Positions 9,565 to 18,069 of a DNA stretch of 64,000 bases are shown in pieces. This DNA comes from Blastocatellia bacterium. GTDB lineage: Bacteria; Acidobacteriota; Blastocatellia; UBA7656. Numbering within the stretch: the first letter of the stretch is position 1; each line of letters begins with the position of its first letter. The notes under the pieces were generated by a model. That model did no database searches, was not told the origin of the DNA, and worked only from the letters and a program-made list of their open reading frames with translations. The position numbers were made by a program, and so were the translations under genes. The stretch is taken from positions 517-64,516 of the forward strand of contig DASXSR010000360.1 in the NCBI GenBank assembly GCA_036505875.1, in the 5' to 3' direction.

Positions 9565-10236
9565 ATGAACAAAACACTTGCTCTGATAGGAAGCATCGGC
9601 TTGGGCGCAGGGTTGATGTACGCACTTGATCCGGACCGCGGGAAGCGACGTCGCTCTCTGCTGCGTGACAAAGTCGATCATGCGATTAACGCGACCGAAA
9701 ACGCAATTCAGACTACCTCGCGCGATCTCCGCAATCGAGCTTACGGACTAGCGGCCGGCTCCAAAGCCCTGTTCAAGAAAGACGACGTGACGGATGACGT
9801 GCTGGTTGAGCGCGTGAGGTCAAAGCTGGGCCGAGTCGTTTCGCACCCGCATTCAATCGAGGTGAGCGCACATCTAGGAACGGTAACGCTCAGCGGTCCA
9901 ATCCTCGAGATTGAAGTCGAGCCGTTAATCAACAGCGTTTCTTCGGTCGCGGGCGTCAACGATGTGATGAACAATCTCGAAGCTCACAAGGAAGTGGGTG
10001 ATGTACCGGGACTTCAAGGCGGAGTCAGGCGACCCGGCGAGCGCTTCGAGTTTATGCAACACAACTGGTCGCCTGCTGCGCGGTTCCTGGCCGGTGCTTT
10101 AGGCGGCGCGCTGACGCTCTTCGGCGTAAAGCGACGCGGGGTACTGGGCGCGACGGCAAGCACGCTGGGGCTTGGCTTGCTGGCGCGCGGCGTCACCAAT
10201 AACGACGTGAAAAATTTGTTGCCTGGATCAAAGTGA
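9565..10236 (+). CDS. BON-domain protein (OsmY-like), N-terminal transmembrane anchor
   Basis: The start at MNKTLALIGSIGLGAGLMYAL is preceded by the RBS GGGAGG. The BON-like segment is VSAHLGTVTLSGPILEIEVEPLINSVSSVAGVNDVMNNLE. Confidence 0.65.
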   Translation: MNKTLALIGSIGLGAGLMYALDPDRGKRRRSLLRDKVDHAINATENAIQTTSRDLRNRAYGLAAGSKALFKKDDVTDDVLVERVRSKLGRVVSHPHSIEVSAHLGTVTLSGPILEIEVEPLINSVSSVAGVNDVMNNLEAHKEVGDVPGLQGGVRRPGERFEFMQHNWSPAARFLAGALGGALTLFGVKRRGVLGATASTLGLGLLARGVTNNDVKNLLPGSK

Positions 10237-10308
10237 GGCGACGCCGCGGTGTTACCGGAAGAGTAGCTCTGCAGTGCAAGGATTAATCTATCCAGGAGGT
10301 GATAAAGG

Positions 10309-10659
10309 ATGGCAATTCGCACGGTTGTATTTCTATCCCACTTGAAACCAGGTTGCGAACAGCAACTCGTTCACGACCTGCCTATCGAATTTCCTTCGCA
10401 GGCCATCTCGAAAATCGACGGCATCAAGGGAGTCACGATATGCCAGGGCAACGGACAATTCGCGGCGGTGATTGATTACGAAGGCGATTTCGAGAAGATC
10501 TATAAGGATTACATCTCGTCGCCTTCGATCCAGGCATTTCACTTCAAGGTAGCCAGGTTCTTCGACAATCCGCCGCGGTCGGCCGATCCGTCCAAGCTGC
10601 CGATCGCCGGCGACGTTTTCTACTGGGACGGGCAAAAGTTCCATACCGCTTCCGGTTGA
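10309..10659 (+). CDS. Hypothetical protein (116 aa) inside the NHEJ locus
   Basis: An ORF with the RBS GGAGG upstream at 10294-10298; no recognisable motif. It may have a small alpha/beta (Dabb-like) fold, but that is a guess. Confidence 0.45.
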   Translation: MAIRTVVFLSHLKPGCEQQLVHDLPIEFPSQAISKIDGIKGVTICQGNGQFAAVIDYEGDFEKIYKDYISSPSIQAFHFKVARFFDNPPRSADPSKLPIAGDVFYWDGQKFHTASG

Positions 10660-10685
10660 TGCGCGCTCGGGTCTAAACTCGATCC

Positions 10686-11684
10686 GTGAAATATCGCGGC
10701 TCGGTTTTGAGAGATCGCAAGAAGATGCGGGGCGCACGCAAGGGTCCTATGCCGGATTTCATCGCCCCGCAGCTGGCCACGTTGGTCGATGACCCGCCGT
10801 CGGGAGATGACTGGTTTCACGAACTGAAGTTCGACGGCTATCGGCTGATCTGCCGGATCGACAGCGGCAAAGTCGCCTTCTTAACTCGCCACCAAAAAGA
10901 CTGGACCGCAAAGTTCCCCAATCTCTCGCGAGCCGTAAAATCGTTACGGGCTAGCAGCGCGATGCTTGATGGTGAGGTTGTAGTTTTCGATGCCAGGCAC
11001 TTGTCGAATTTTCAGAAGCTTCAGCAGATGATTGGAAAGACCGACGCCGGGTTTGTCTTTGAGGTCTTCGACCTGATGTATCTTGACGGCTTCGATCTGA
11101 CCGAAGCATCGCTCAAAGACAGAAAGCAGGCGCTCGAAGAGCTGTTCTCGCCAATCGACCAGCGCGGCGCATTGCGTTACAGCGATCACGTTGAGGGGAA
11201 CGGGGAGATCTTTTTCAAGAAAGCGTGCGAGCGCGGGCTTGAAGGCATCGTCTCGAAGCTTGCCTCCGCCCCCTACAAGTCGGCGAGGACGCGCAACTGG
11301 CTCAAAGTCAAATGCAGCAAGCGGCAAGAATTCGTGATCGCCGGACACACGCCGTCCGACAAGGGCTTGCCGTTTGCCTCGTTGATCTTGGGCGTGTACG
11401 AGGAAGGTAAGTTGATATACGCGGGACGCGTTGGCACCGGCTTCAGCGATAAGTTTCGCGCCGAGCTGAAGAAGAAGCTCGACAGCATCGCGCGCGACTC
11501 GTCGCCCTTCGACACTACGCCGAAAGAACCTGGCTTGCGCGACGCTCATTGGGTTACGCCGAAGCTGGTCGCCGAAATAGCTTTCACCGAATGGACCGCT
11601 GACGGGGCGATTCGGCATCCGTCGTTTCAAGGTCTCCGCGAAGACAAGAAACCTGAAGAGGTTCGTCGCGAATTGCCCGACTAA
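10686..11684 (+). CDS. ligD: ATP-dependent DNA ligase (LigD ligase domain only)
   Basis: 332 aa; the adenylation motif I is ELKFDGYRL (KxDG), and the nucleotidyltransferase and OB-fold regions are present. No polymerase or phosphoesterase domains are present. The start is possibly at 10722 or 10746. Confidence 0.85.
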   Translation: MKYRGSVLRDRKKMRGARKGPMPDFIAPQLATLVDDPPSGDDWFHELKFDGYRLICRIDSGKVAFLTRHQKDWTAKFPNLSRAVKSLRASSAMLDGEVVVFDARHLSNFQKLQQMIGKTDAGFVFEVFDLMYLDGFDLTEASLKDRKQALEELFSPIDQRGALRYSDHVEGNGEIFFKKACERGLEGIVSKLASAPYKSARTRNWLKVKCSKRQEFVIAGHTPSDKGLPFASLILGVYEEGKLIYAGRVGTGFSDKFRAELKKKLDSIARDSSPFDTTPKEPGLRDAHWVTPKLVAEIAFTEWTADGAIRHPSFQGLREDKKPEEVRRELPD

Positions 11685-13036
11685 AGCGATGCCCTGTTAC
11701 TCAGGCTCGCGACGACTTCGCGCGCCGCTCGCAAACCAGTTGCGATCGCACCGTGCACCGTGCCGCTGTGACCTTCGGTGTTGGTGGCTTCGCCCGCGAA
11801 GAAAAGCGTGTCTTCGATCGGGTGAGCAAGCTTCGACTGCGCGTCCAGTCCGCCGGCTGAAACGTAGCTGTAAGCGCCTCTCGTAAAGATATCTCGATTC
11901 CAATCGTGACTGTACGTAGCATCCAGCAGATTCTCGATGCGTGACTCTGGGACCCGGAAGATCCGGCTTAATGATTTGAGCGCGCCATCGATAATCAACT
12001 GGTTGTCGCCTTGAGCCACCTTTTCAGCTACCGGACCGCCAGCCCATCCTACGAGCACAGGCGATTGCGCGGGAAGCTGAGTCCACCAGGTTGGGATCGG
12101 CTCGCTTGCCGCGTGGATGAAGCCGAGATTCCGTAGGGATTCGCGTCCATCCTTCGTTGCCAGCTCAAGCGTCTCCCAAAAAGCTTCGCGGAACAGAAGG
12201 TTGATCTTAACAACCGGCCCCATTCTGAGCGCTCGGGCCGCTGCTTGTTTCTCGGTGATCTCCGGCGCAAATTTCACGGCTCCGCTCTCCGATGGTGAGG
12301 CTTGCAACACGCCAAGCGGCAAACTTACGATCGCGCGCCGAGCTTCATAGCGCCTGCGCTCGCTCTCGATCATCACGTCGACGCGGTCTCTTCTCCAGCG
12401 GACTTCTTCAACAATCGCGTTTAGATGAAAGCTCACGTCGTTTGAGAGACATTCCCTTTCGAGCCACGCAACCACGCCGTCGTACCCGCCGAAGATTCGG
12501 AACTGCCTGTCACCCTCGATTCGATCTGCTGCCTCATTGCCTTGCTGCAAACTCTTGACGCTGATGACCTCGGGTCGCGCGGCGTGAAAACCTTCCACGA
12601 ACATCGTCGCGATCGATTTCGATTCTTCCGATTGATTTCGACAATACTTATCGAGGTATTCCCTGAAGGAAAGGTCGGGCTCTCGCACATCCCTGATGCC
12701 ATCCATAATCTCTTCGAGCTCAGACCAGATCTCATCGGATTTCGTCAGGAGGCCGTCGCGAAGCTGCAGGTGACGCTGGCTGAGTTCGCAAAGTCGCAGC
12801 CCTGCTGCGCGGGCGATGTCGAAAATCTCCGGCGGTCTTCCGTGAACGAACTCGGCTCCCAGCTCGATGGGCGTTCCAGACTTGTCGTCGTGAATAGTGA
12901 GGAGGCGCCCGCCGATGCGATCACGCGCTTCAAGCACCTTCACGCTGAAACCGGCCGCACTGATTTCACGTGCTGCGGCAAGTCCCGCAACCCCTGCCCC
13001 TATGATCAACACGTCGGCGGCTGTCGGCTCGTTCAT
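11681..13036 (-). CDS. Flavin-containing amine oxidase family FAD-dependent oxidoreductase
   Basis: 451 aa; dinucleotide-binding ADVLIIGAGVAGLAAAREISAAGFSVKVLEARDRIGGR; C-terminal FFAGEATNTEGHSGTVHGAIATG. Confidence 0.8.
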   Translation of the reverse strand: MNEPTAADVLIIGAGVAGLAAAREISAAGFSVKVLEARDRIGGRLLTIHDDKSGTPIELGAEFVHGRPPEIFDIARAAGLRLCELSQRHLQLRDGLLTKSDEIWSELEEIMDGIRDVREPDLSFREYLDKYCRNQSEESKSIATMFVEGFHAARPEVISVKSLQQGNEAADRIEGDRQFRIFGGYDGVVAWLERECLSNDVSFHLNAIVEEVRWRRDRVDVMIESERRRYEARRAIVSLPLGVLQASPSESGAVKFAPEITEKQAAARALRMGPVVKINLLFREAFWETLELATKDGRESLRNLGFIHAASEPIPTWWTQLPAQSPVLVGWAGGPVAEKVAQGDNQLIIDGALKSLSRIFRVPESRIENLLDATYSHDWNRDIFTRGAYSYVSAGGLDAQSKLAHPIEDTLFFAGEATNTEGHSGTVHGAIATGLRAAREVVASLSNRASL

Positions 13037-13138
13037 AATTTGATTCTACCCGGATGAAAGCTTACGCCGCAGCTTGAACTCGGAAGGCTCAACGTCCAGA
13101 ATGTTTCTCCCAGGTTCGTCGTAACAAGAAAGGCGCTG

Positions 13139-14002
13139 ATGGAAACTTTCCCACCGTGGTTCATCGGTCTGGTGATCTTTGTTTTCGGGCTGCTCATCGG
13201 AAGCTTTCTCAACGTCGTCATTCATCGACTTCCGCTTGGCGAGTCTATCGTGTTTCCGGGCTCACGCTGTCCAGCTTGTAATGCTGAGATCAAGTGGTAT
13301 GACAACATCCCGGTCGTCAGCTACGCGGTTCTGCTTCGCGCAAAGTGTCGAAACTGCGGTGCGCGAATATCGCCGATTTATCCGACGGTCGAATTACTCG
13401 TTGCTTGGCTTTACCTTTTCCTCTTCATAATCCATCGCGATCAGATCGTTATCGGAACGTGGCTGCCGCTAATCGCCGATATCGTCTTCGTTTCGCTGAT
13501 CGTGCCGCTGGTATTCATCGACCTGCGCCATAAGCTTCTGCCGAATAAGATCACTTATCCCGGCCTGTTGGTGCTGCTGGTGTTGCGGGCGTTGGCTCCC
13601 GATCCATGGGTTCTATCTCACACGCCCCGATGGTTCGGGCTGGGAGGCGCGCCCGACTGGGCGGTGTCGTTGTTCGCTTCGGCGTTGGGCGCATTGGCCG
13701 GTGGAGGCGCGCTCTGGCTTGTTCGTGAAGTGTACTATCGCTTGAGACACATCGAGGGAATGGGCCTGGGCGACGTGAAAATGATGTTGATGGTGGGCGC
13801 GTTTCTGGGATGGCAACTTACGTTGCTGACGATTTTCATTGGTTCGCTGCTCGGATCGCTGGTTGGCGTGATGCTGATCCTGGTTCGAGGTGGTAGTATG
13901 AAAATGCAAGTTCCGTTTGGGGTGTTTCTTGGTCCGGCTGCCATAATTGCGCTGTTCGTTGGAAAGCAGTTGATCGTTTGGTATGCGGGCACGTTTAGAT
14001 AG
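13139..14002 (+). CDS. pilD: Type IV prepilin peptidase (A24 family)
   Basis: 287 aa; the N-terminal zinc-binding cluster is CPACNAEI...CRNCGARI, the body is polytopic, and the GDVKMMLMVGAFLG motif carries the catalytic Asp. Confidence 0.85.
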   Translation: METFPPWFIGLVIFVFGLLIGSFLNVVIHRLPLGESIVFPGSRCPACNAEIKWYDNIPVVSYAVLLRAKCRNCGARISPIYPTVELLVAWLYLFLFIIHRDQIVIGTWLPLIADIVFVSLIVPLVFIDLRHKLLPNKITYPGLLVLLVLRALAPDPWVLSHTPRWFGLGGAPDWAVSLFASALGALAGGGALWLVREVYYRLRHIEGMGLGDVKMMLMVGAFLGWQLTLLTIFIGSLLGSLVGVMLILVRGGSMKMQVPFGVFLGPAAIIALFVGKQLIVWYAGTFR

Positions 14003-14080
14003 ACTAGGTTAGTTGTAGGATTAAGAGTACTAGCTTGTGAGCAACCGCCCAGACAGTATCGTAGTGGCTTTTTCCATTAA

Positions 14081-14220
14081 CACCCAACTTCAGTTGGGTG
14101 GGCGGGCTGCTGATGCTGCTCAACTGTTTCAACAGTTTGTGTCGTTACGATAAATCAAAACATTGAAACGGTTCCGAGCATCCGCGCCTTGGTGACACCC
14201 AACTGAAGTTGGGTTAATGA
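14081..14220. repeat. Pair of inverted palindromic hairpin repeats (CACCCAACTTCAGTTGGGTG / ACACCCAACTGAAGTTGGGTTAATGAG), REP-like
   Basis: Read directly. Each copy is itself an 8-bp stem with a 4-nt loop, and the two copies are inverted relative to each other roughly 95 bp apart. A third copy lies at 48733-48760. Confidence 0.55.
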
Positions 14221-14287
14221 GAAACTGCTGTCGAATCTGCCGTTACACGGCAGTGGTTTCAATCTCGCATAGACTGCGGAGGAGATA

Positions 14288-15991
14288 ATGAAAAGAACAG
14301 CTCGCGCAATCATAGTCCTGGTTTTGCTGTGCGCATCTATGCCGATCGCTCCGCGCGGGGCCTCGCGCGAGCCGGTCCGCGGCCGACACGGGATGGTCGC
14401 ATCAACCAGCGAGATCGCCTCTCGCGTCGGAGTCGAGATCATGCAACGCGGCGGCAACGCAATCGACGCCGCAGTGGCAGTCGGATTGGCGCTTGCGGTA
14501 ACGTGGCCAAGCGCGGGCAACATTGGCGGCGGCGGATTCATGATGATTCGCCGCGCGAACGGCGATACCGAAATCATCGACTACCGCGAACGCGCGCCGC
14601 TGGCTGCTTCGCGTGATATGTATCTCGACAAAGACGGCAACGTCATCAAAGGCGCTTCCACCATCGGCTACAAAGCCGTCGGCGTGCCGGGAAGCGTTGC
14701 GGGGTTTTCACTGGCGCTTGAACGTCACGGCAAACTTAAGTGGCCGGACGTGATTGAGCCAGCGCGCAAGCTCGCAGCCGACGGATTCACGGTTAATTAT
14801 CATCTCGCTCGCGGACTTCAGAACGCCGAAAAATTTCTGTCGCAGTTTCCCGACAGCAAGCGAATCTTCCTTCGCGACGGGAAATTTTATGAAGAAGGGG
14901 AACGGCTCGTTCAGCCTGAATTGGCCGCAACGCTCGCGCGGCTGAAAGAGAAAGGCCCGCGCGAGTTCTACGAAGGCAAGACCGCCGAGATGATCGTCGC
15001 AGACATGAAAGCAAACGGCGGGTTGATAACAGCCAAAGACTTGAAAGAGTACGAGGCAACGATCCGCAAGCCGCTCAAGGGAACGTATCGCGGCTACGAG
15101 ATCGTCACGATGCCGCCGCCGTCTTCAGGCGGCGCAGCGCTGCTCGAGATGCTGAACATCCTCGAGCACTACAACCTCGCCGAGCTTGCGCCAGGCTCGT
15201 CGGACACGATTCACCTGCTTGTAGAATCACAGCGACGCGCATTCGCCGACCGCGCCGAGTTCATGGGCGACGCCGATTTCGTAAAGGTCCCAGTCGAAGG
15301 TTTGATCTCGAAGAAATACGCGGCCGATCTGGCAAAGACCATCGATCCGAATCACGCGACGCCGAGCTCCAAGATTCGCGCCGGCGCTCCAGCCGGATAC
15401 GAGTCTACGCAGACGACTCACTTCACGGTGATCGACGAAGAAGGCAACGTCGTGACGAATACCTACACACTGAACGGAGGTTACGGCTCAGGCGCCGTCG
15501 CACGAGGCACTGGCATTCTCTTGAACAACGAGATGGACGATTTCACCTCGAAGCCAGGAGTGCCGAACGCGTACGGTTTATTACAAAGTGAGAACAACGC
15601 AATCGCGCCGCGCAAGCGCCCGCTTTCGGCTATGACTCCGACGATTGTGTTGAAGGATGGCAAGGTATGGTTCGCGATCGGCAGCCCCGGCGGTCCGACG
15701 ATCATCAACACGGTTCTGCAAGTGATCGTTAACGTGGTCGACTTCGGGATGAACATTCAGCAGGCAATCGACGCTCCGCGATTTCATCATCAATGGATGC
15801 CGGATCGAATTCAGTTTGAGCCGCTGGGAATAAACCGCGACACACGGGCGGCGCTTGAGAAGAAGGGTCACGTCTTCGCCGAGAGAGCAGGAAACATGGG
15901 CGACGCCGAAGGAGTGATGATCGACCAGAAGACGGGAATGAGATTGGGAGCTTCTGATCCGAGATCGGGAGGCGTGCCTGTGGGGTACTGA
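14288..15991 (+). CDS. ggt: Gamma-glutamyltransferase
   Basis: 567 aa; signal peptide; the autoprocessing nucleophile context is TTHFTVIDEEGNVV; the GGxG motif and C-terminal small-subunit motifs are present. Confidence 0.9.
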   Translation: MKRTARAIIVLVLLCASMPIAPRGASREPVRGRHGMVASTSEIASRVGVEIMQRGGNAIDAAVAVGLALAVTWPSAGNIGGGGFMMIRRANGDTEIIDYRERAPLAASRDMYLDKDGNVIKGASTIGYKAVGVPGSVAGFSLALERHGKLKWPDVIEPARKLAADGFTVNYHLARGLQNAEKFLSQFPDSKRIFLRDGKFYEEGERLVQPELAATLARLKEKGPREFYEGKTAEMIVADMKANGGLITAKDLKEYEATIRKPLKGTYRGYEIVTMPPPSSGGAALLEMLNILEHYNLAELAPGSSDTIHLLVESQRRAFADRAEFMGDADFVKVPVEGLISKKYAADLAKTIDPNHATPSSKIRAGAPAGYESTQTTHFTVIDEEGNVVTNTYTLNGGYGSGAVARGTGILLNNEMDDFTSKPGVPNAYGLLQSENNAIAPRKRPLSAMTPTIVLKDGKVWFAIGSPGGPTIINTVLQVIVNVVDFGMNIQQAIDAPRFHHQWMPDRIQFEPLGINRDTRAALEKKGHVFAERAGNMGDAEGVMIDQKTGMRLGASDPRSGGVPVGY

Positions 15992-16291
15992 AATGGCGCG
16001 GTCTCTTGATTCGACAGGTTGATCCAAATTGCAGTCTTGATCGTCGAGTTTCATGAGGAGTAGACCAAAGAAGAACCGACATCCGGTTCTCGGCCGTGAG
16101 CCCGCAGAATCAAGCACGGTTCGGGAGGATGACGAGTACCCCGTTAAGCCACTCCTGCTCACTGCTGGGCCACGCAGGAGGCTTGGCTACTTCTTGATTG
16201 TGAGCATGGGCAAACCTGTAGCGAGCGAAGTTGTCGTGTTGCCTTTTCCGCAGACTAATTGCAGAATCCACATACGGAAACGAGATCTGTT

Positions 16292-16495
16292 ATGCCAATA
16301 AAGATTATTGTGGAAAAAGGTGAAGATGGGTACTTCGTAGTGCATTGCCCTTCTTTGAAAAGCTGCTGGTCACAGGGAAAGACACGAGAAGAGGCATTAA
16401 GTAATATCCGAGAAGCTATCGCCCTTTACTTGGAACCCGAAGCATCAGAGCTGGTAGTCGATGAAAACCATGAGGTCGTCGAACTCACTATATGA
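16292..16495 (+). CDS. hicB: HicB-family antitoxin (type II TA)
   Basis: MPIKIIVEKGEDGYFVVHCPSLKSCWSQGKTREEALSNIREAIALYLE is the HicB/UPF0150 RNase-H-like fold signature. The track ORF starts at 16259, but the likely start is 16292. Confidence 0.65.
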   Translation: MPIKIIVEKGEDGYFVVHCPSLKSCWSQGKTREEALSNIREAIALYLEPEASELVVDENHEVVELTI

Positions 16496-16710
16496 AGTTG
16501 CCACTTCTGTCCGGGAGGCAAGTACTGGCTGCCTTACAACGTCTCGGGTTCGTTGAACTGCACCGAAAAGGAAGCCACGTCAAAATGGCGCACCCGGATG
16601 GACGGATAATAGTCTTTCCGTTACACAATGAAGTTGACCGATACACTCTAAGAGGCGCGCTAGAGGATGCCGGAGTAGATATTGAAAAGTTTCTCAAACA
16701 GGTAAAGTAA
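16492..16710 (+). CDS. hicA: HicA-family mRNA interferase toxin (YcfA-like)
   Basis: 72 aa; GRQVLAALQRLGFVELHRKGSHVKMAHPDGRIIVFPLHNEVDRYTLRGALEDAGV; it overlaps hicB by 4 nt (ATGA). Confidence 0.7.
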   Translation: MKLPLLSGRQVLAALQRLGFVELHRKGSHVKMAHPDGRIIVFPLHNEVDRYTLRGALEDAGVDIEKFLKQVK

Positions 16711-16765
16711 ATGCCCTGCTATTGTACGCCGGGTTGACTTCTTCGATCTCCCAACAAATCACAAT

Positions 16766-17980
16766 ATGACCATCGACGAACAGATAGCGTTACTTCGCAA
16801 GGGTACAGTCGACTGCATCCCTGAAGAGGAGCTTCGGCGCAAACTCGAGCGCTCGGCGAAGACCGGAAAGCCGCTTCGTGTCAAAGCCGGCTTTGATCCC
16901 ACGGCTCCCGATATTCATCTCGGTCACACCGTGCTCATTCGCAAGATGCGGCACTTTCAGCAGCTCGGGCACACGGTCATCTTTTTGATCGGCGACTTCA
17001 CCGGAATGATCGGCGATCCGTCAGGGCGATCGGCGACCAGGCCGCCGCTCACGCGAGAGCAGATCGATGAGAACGCCGAGACCTACAAGCAGCAGATCTT
17101 CAAGCTGCTCGACCGCGACCGCACCGAGATCAGATTCAATAACGAGTGGTTCTCGAAGTTCGGCGCGGATGATTTCGTTCGCCTTGCAGGAAAAGCAACT
17201 GTCGCGCAGTTGCTCGAGCGCGAAGACTTTAGGAAGCGTTTTGAGTCGAATGCGCCGATCAGCATTCACGAGCTGATGTACGCGCTTGCACAAGGGTACG
17301 ACTCGGTGGCGCTTGAAGCCGACGTCGAGCTTGGTGGAACGGACCAGAAACTCAATCTGCTGATGGCTCGCCAGATCCAGCAAGCTTACGGCGTGAAAGA
17401 ACCGCAGCTCATAATGACGACGCCGCTGCTCGAAGGGCTGGACGGCGTGCAGAAGATGTCCAAGAGCCTCGACAACTACGTCGGCATCACCGAATCGCCT
17501 CGCGAGATGTTCGGCAAGCTGATGTCGATCAGCGATGTGCTGATGTGGCGATACTACGAGCTTCTGACTGATATGTCTTTGAGCGAAATCGCGGCGCTGA
17601 CAGAGGCCGTCGCCAAGGGCGAGAAGCATCCGCGCGATTTGAAAGCCGAACTGGCGCGTCGAATCGTCGCGGATTTTCATTCGCAGACCGAAGCCGAAGA
17701 AGCGAGCCGCGAGTTCGATCGAATGTTCCGCGACCATCAAACGCCCTCGGACATTCCAACAATCGAGAAGCCGGCCGGAGGGATCAGGCTTGTGAAGCTG
17801 TTGGCTGCTGAAGGACTGGCGCCGTCTGTATCCGATGCGCAGAGGCTCGTCGCGCAGGGTGGTGTTCGCTTGAACGGCGAGAGAGTGAATGACGTAAAAC
17901 TCGAAGTCGGGGCCAGCGCGGGCGAGGAAGCTTTAATTCAAGTCGGCAGCCGAAAGTTTTTGCGTGTGATTTTTAAGTAG
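16766..17980 (+). CDS. tyrS: Tyrosine--tRNA ligase
   Basis: 404 aa; HIGH-class motif HLGH, KMSKS motif, C-terminal S4 domain. Confidence 0.95.
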   Translation: MTIDEQIALLRKGTVDCIPEEELRRKLERSAKTGKPLRVKAGFDPTAPDIHLGHTVLIRKMRHFQQLGHTVIFLIGDFTGMIGDPSGRSATRPPLTREQIDENAETYKQQIFKLLDRDRTEIRFNNEWFSKFGADDFVRLAGKATVAQLLEREDFRKRFESNAPISIHELMYALAQGYDSVALEADVELGGTDQKLNLLMARQIQQAYGVKEPQLIMTTPLLEGLDGVQKMSKSLDNYVGITESPREMFGKLMSISDVLMWRYYELLTDMSLSEIAALTEAVAKGEKHPRDLKAELARRIVADFHSQTEAEEASREFDRMFRDHQTPSDIPTIEKPAGGIRLVKLLAAEGLAPSVSDAQRLVAQGGVRLNGERVNDVKLEVGASAGEEALIQVGSRKFLRVIFK

Positions 17981-18069
17981 CATGTAGGGGCGGCCCTCCG
18001 TGGCCGCCCCTCGTTACATTGTCACGATTCGATTTGCGAGGAGGGGCGGCCACGCAGGGCCGTTACATG
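17980..18069. repeat. GC-rich palindromic repeat element, copy A (CATGTA-GGGGCGGCCCTCCGTGGCCGCCCC...GGGGCGGCCACGCAGGGCCG-TTACATG)
   Basis: Read directly. It lies immediately after the tyrS stop; a near-identical second copy lies at 62504-62594. Confidence 0.55.

Noticed and set aside
16053-16301. 82-aa ORF upstream of hicB
   Set aside because: No RBS and no motif; it overlaps the better-supported hicB start, so it is likely non-coding leader sequence.
17021-17740. 239-aa ORF antisense to tyrS, plus many similar long antisense ORFs (e.g. 22199-23110, 25620-26240, 26942-27541, 30979-31536, 52022-52759, 55364-56323, 15581-16162)
   Set aside because: They lie entirely inside and opposite strongly supported genes with clear family motifs. 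They have Arg/Ser/Pro-rich low-complexity translations typical of shadow ORFs in high-GC DNA.
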